From the IMG/VR virus record IMGVR_UViG_3300024305_000002, positions 1-29,198 of that record: a DNA stretch of 29,198 bases. The stretch is one strand, 5' to 3'. Made by a program: the position numbers and the translations under genes. The stretch is from a virus (Duplodnaviria > Caudoviricetes). The notes beneath the pieces are model-generated. The model was given only the letters and a program-made list of their open reading frames with translations, searched no databases and had not been told where the DNA came from. Shown piece by piece: positions 27,553-29,198 of this stretch (the first letter of the stretch is position 1; the number at the start of each line of letters is the position of its first letter).

Positions 27553-27768
27553 TCACTTCCAAGCTCTTTTTCGTAATGGAGAATTCACAAATTCGATATA
27601 CTTTCTAACAACAACCTTCCATGGACTATTTCTCTTAGTCCCCTCTTTAAATGCGTGTGCATTCTTAGATCTGCAATAATTTAGAACATGTTCTTCACTG
27701 AATCCAAGTTTTGTAAGCTCTTGAACAGTCATAACTTCTTTTTCAATTTTTATTCCGAAGTATTCCAT
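27553..27768 (-). CDS. Small basic DNA-binding protein, excisionase-like
   Basis: 71 aa, MTVQELTKLGFS...WKV, SD AGGAG, first gene after cro. Confidence 0.55.
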   Translation of the reverse strand: MEYFGIKIEKEVMTVQELTKLGFSEEHVLNYCRSKNAHAFKEGTKRNSPWKVVVRKYIEFVNSPLRKRAWK

Positions 27769-27782
27769 TTGCTCTCCTATTC

Positions 27783-27890
27783 TGAATACATGTATCTAAA
27801 CTGGCATCCTACTAATCTAGTAATCGGGGGATGATTACTTTGGGTGGGGGAAGTAGATCAATAGAATGACAGTCTGCATACATGTATTCA
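27783..27890 (-). ncRNA. Putative structured RNA, long hairpin 2
   Basis: 37-nt arms (27783-27819 and 27854-27890): 30 Watson-Crick pairs, 4 G.U on the - strand, a 2x2 internal loop and 1 mismatch. 34-nt C-rich loop containing a sub-hairpin. Confidence 0.7.
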
Positions 27891-27893
27891 ATA

Positions 27894-27908
27894 TTCACAT
27901 ATCGTGAA
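27894..27908. promoter_or_regulatory. Distal repressor operator
   Basis: TTCAC-ATATC-GTGAA, symmetric half-sites, 14/15 identical to the operator at 28150. Confidence 0.8.
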
Positions 27909-27909
27909 G

Positions 27910-28116
27910 TTACTCTTCAAAAAAAATAGCTTGAACTGTAGTACCTAAAGTTTTTGCCAATAAGATCTTAACTTCATCGCGAGGAACTCTTGCTCCTTGC
28001 TCGTATGATTCAATAGCTCTTAGAGATAATCCTGTAATTTTAGCAAGTTGTATACGAGTAAGCCCAACATTTTCTCTAAGTTCCATTAATTTTCTTGAAA
28101 TGAATTTCTTTTCCAT
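27910..28116 (-). CDS. cro: Cro-like XRE HTH regulator (start probably ATG 28116)
   Basis: LTRIQLAKITGLSLRAIESYEQGARVP. Divergent from the repressor; SD AGAAAGGA. Confidence 0.9.
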   Translation of the reverse strand: MEKKFISRKLMELRENVGLTRIQLAKITGLSLRAIESYEQGARVPRDEVKILLAKTLGTTVQAIFFEE

Positions 28117-28140
28117 AACCAATTCCTTTCTACTAATTGC

Positions 28141-28169
28141 ATTCTATACTACACATATCGTGAAGTCAA
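28141..28169 (-). promoter_or_regulatory. Lytic promoter, with an operator (28150-28164) over its spacer
   Basis: -35 TTGACT (28169-28164), 17 bp spacer, -10 TAGAAT (28146-28141). Operator TACACATATCGTGAA. Confidence 0.85.
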
Positions 28170-28177
28170 TACCTAAA

Positions 28178-28192
28178 TACACATTTTGTGAA
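28178..28192. promoter_or_regulatory. Central operator
   Basis: TACAC-ATTTT-GTGAA. Confidence 0.8.
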
Positions 28193-28199
28193 TATTTGT

Positions 28200-28228
28200 T
28201 TGACATCTACACAATTCGTGTGTATTGT
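28200..28228 (+). promoter_or_regulatory. Repressor promoter, with an operator (28208-28222) in its spacer
   Basis: -35 TTGACA (28200-28205), 17 bp spacer, -10 TATTGT (28223-28228). Operator TACACAATTCGTGTG. Confidence 0.85.
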
Positions 28229-28253
28229 ATAGATAAAGAAGTGAGGAAATTTA

Positions 28254-28664
28254 ATGTCAATATTTAGTGATCGTCTCAAACAACTGAGAAAACAAAACGG
28301 TTTGACTCAAAAAATGTTAGGTCAGAATTTAAATTTAGGCGAAAGTACAATAAGTATGTATGAGCTTGGAGAAAGAGAACCAAATTTCGAAACACTTGAA
28401 TTATTAGCTGATTATTTTAATGTTGATATAGATTTTTTACTTGGGAAATCTGATAAAACAACTAAATTAGATATATATGGGAATCACAAAAATAATCTAG
28501 AGTATTTTTCAGATAAACCAGAATTGTTGGATTTATATCAACAGATTTATGAAAGTGAAACATTACAACTATTATTCGACTCAGCGAAAGATTTAACACC
28601 ACAAGATTTAGAAATGGTATTAACAATAATAAAAGGCATTAGAAAGGAAAGAGGCATAGATTAA
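28254..28664 (+). CDS. CI/ImmR-like XRE repressor with no S24 autoprotease domain
   Basis: RLKQLRK...LTQKMLG...STISMYELGEREP...LADYFNVDIDFLLG. Confidence 0.93.
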   Translation: MSIFSDRLKQLRKQNGLTQKMLGQNLNLGESTISMYELGEREPNFETLELLADYFNVDIDFLLGKSDKTTKLDIYGNHKNNLEYFSDKPELLDLYQQIYESETLQLLFDSAKDLTPQDLEMVLTIIKGIRKERGID

Positions 28665-28670
28665 TTAATT

Positions 28671-28979
28671 ATGGGGGAATTTGATATCGGGGACTTTAAT
28701 GAGTTTTGTAGTATTCATGGAATATGCATAAAAATTAAGAAGAATCTTGGTTCATCTATAAAAGGGTTTTGTTATTACGATGGGGAATCGTACCATGTGT
28801 TTCTAAATAATAGATTCAGTGGATCACAATTAAAAACAACCACAATACACGAGATTATACATATTATGAAAGATCACTTTAGTTGTGATCCTAAATATAT
28901 TTCTAAATGTGAAATCGAAGTTGAAAGAATTATTGAGGATTATCATTTGCAGTTTAATTTATTGGGTTATAACGCATGA
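28671..28979 (+). CDS. ImmA/IrrE-like zinc metalloprotease
   Basis: KGF...VFLN...HEIIH (HExxH) with a downstream Glu; directly after the repressor. Confidence 0.85.
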   Translation: MGEFDIGDFNEFCSIHGICIKIKKNLGSSIKGFCYYDGESYHVFLNNRFSGSQLKTTTIHEIIHIMKDHFSCDPKYISKCEIEVERIIEDYHLQFNLLGYNA

Positions 28980-28997
28980 TGCGTTCAAGGGGGAAAT

Positions 28998-29198
28998 ATG
29001 AAGTTAGGGTTGAGAACACCAAGCCTAAAGAAAAGCTTTAAAGCTAGAACCACAGGCAAGCTAAAAAGATCATTAAAGAAGGCAGTAAATCCACTATATG
29101 CTAAAAGTGGAATTGGATTTTTAAAGAATCCTTTAAAGTCTTCCAAAGCAAAGATTTATAAAAAAACAACTTTCAGTCTTTGGGACCTATTTAAATAA
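28998..29198 (+). CDS. Highly basic conserved lysogeny-module protein of unknown function
   Basis: RTPSLKKSFKARTTGK...KKTTFSLWDLFK; SD AAGGGGG. Confidence 0.8.
   Translation: MKLGLRTPSLKKSFKARTTGKLKRSLKKAVNPLYAKSGIGFLKNPLKSSKAKIYKKTTFSLWDLFK

Larger units (their letters stand above)
1..29198. mobile_element. Temperate siphophage/prophage, partial (lysis to lysogeny modules; integrase, att sites and endolysin not in window)
   Basis: Canonical gene order: cI/cro switch, antirepressor, replication initiator, HNH-terS-terL-portal-protease-capsid, head-tail joining, tail tube, tape measure, tail proteins, holin-like genes. Strong Firmicutes-type SD sequences (AGAAAGGA). Confidence 0.97.

Noticed and set aside
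27812-27883. 23-codon - strand ORF (MYADCHSIDLLPPPK...) within hairpin 2
   Set aside because: No SD, and the start codon is buried in the stem.
27443-27890. Four ATACATG(T/C)AT copies as a mini-CRISPR array, IS/MITE ends or recombinase sites
   Set aside because: They are arms of two hairpins with irregular spacing. There are no cas genes, transposase or target duplications, and the strand-biased G.U pairing favours RNA. A secondary role as DNA-binding sites is not excluded.

Overview
The whole window is the interior of an AT-rich temperate siphophage (probably a prophage) of a low-GC Gram-positive host. It has HK97-type head genes, an HNH/TerS/TerL cos-packaging module and a phi13-family tail tube. 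Read right to left on the - strand it runs: cro, early genes, replication initiator, late activator, packaging, head, tail, holin-like genes. The repressor, an ImmA-like protease and a basic conserved protein lie on the + strand at the right end. The integrase, att sites and endolysin fall outside the window. The most unusual feature is a pair of ~100-nt hairpins in the early transcript (27443-27540 and 27783-27890). They share a 12-bp base stem, a 2x2 internal loop at the same position and 34-nt anti-Shine-Dalgarno-like loops, but their upper stems differ and pair through - strand G.U wobbles. Next to them are three counter-oriented genes, two of them paralogous 100-aa proteins and two driven by an identical 17-bp promoter/RBS module. 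Also visible are a four-operator cI/cro switch, a -1 frameshift tail chaperone missing from the ORF track, a beta-propeller cassette in a tail protein, an intragenic origin, a second tyrosine recombinase and a 3D-domain membrane protein. All functional calls come from motifs and synteny read by eye; no searches were run.
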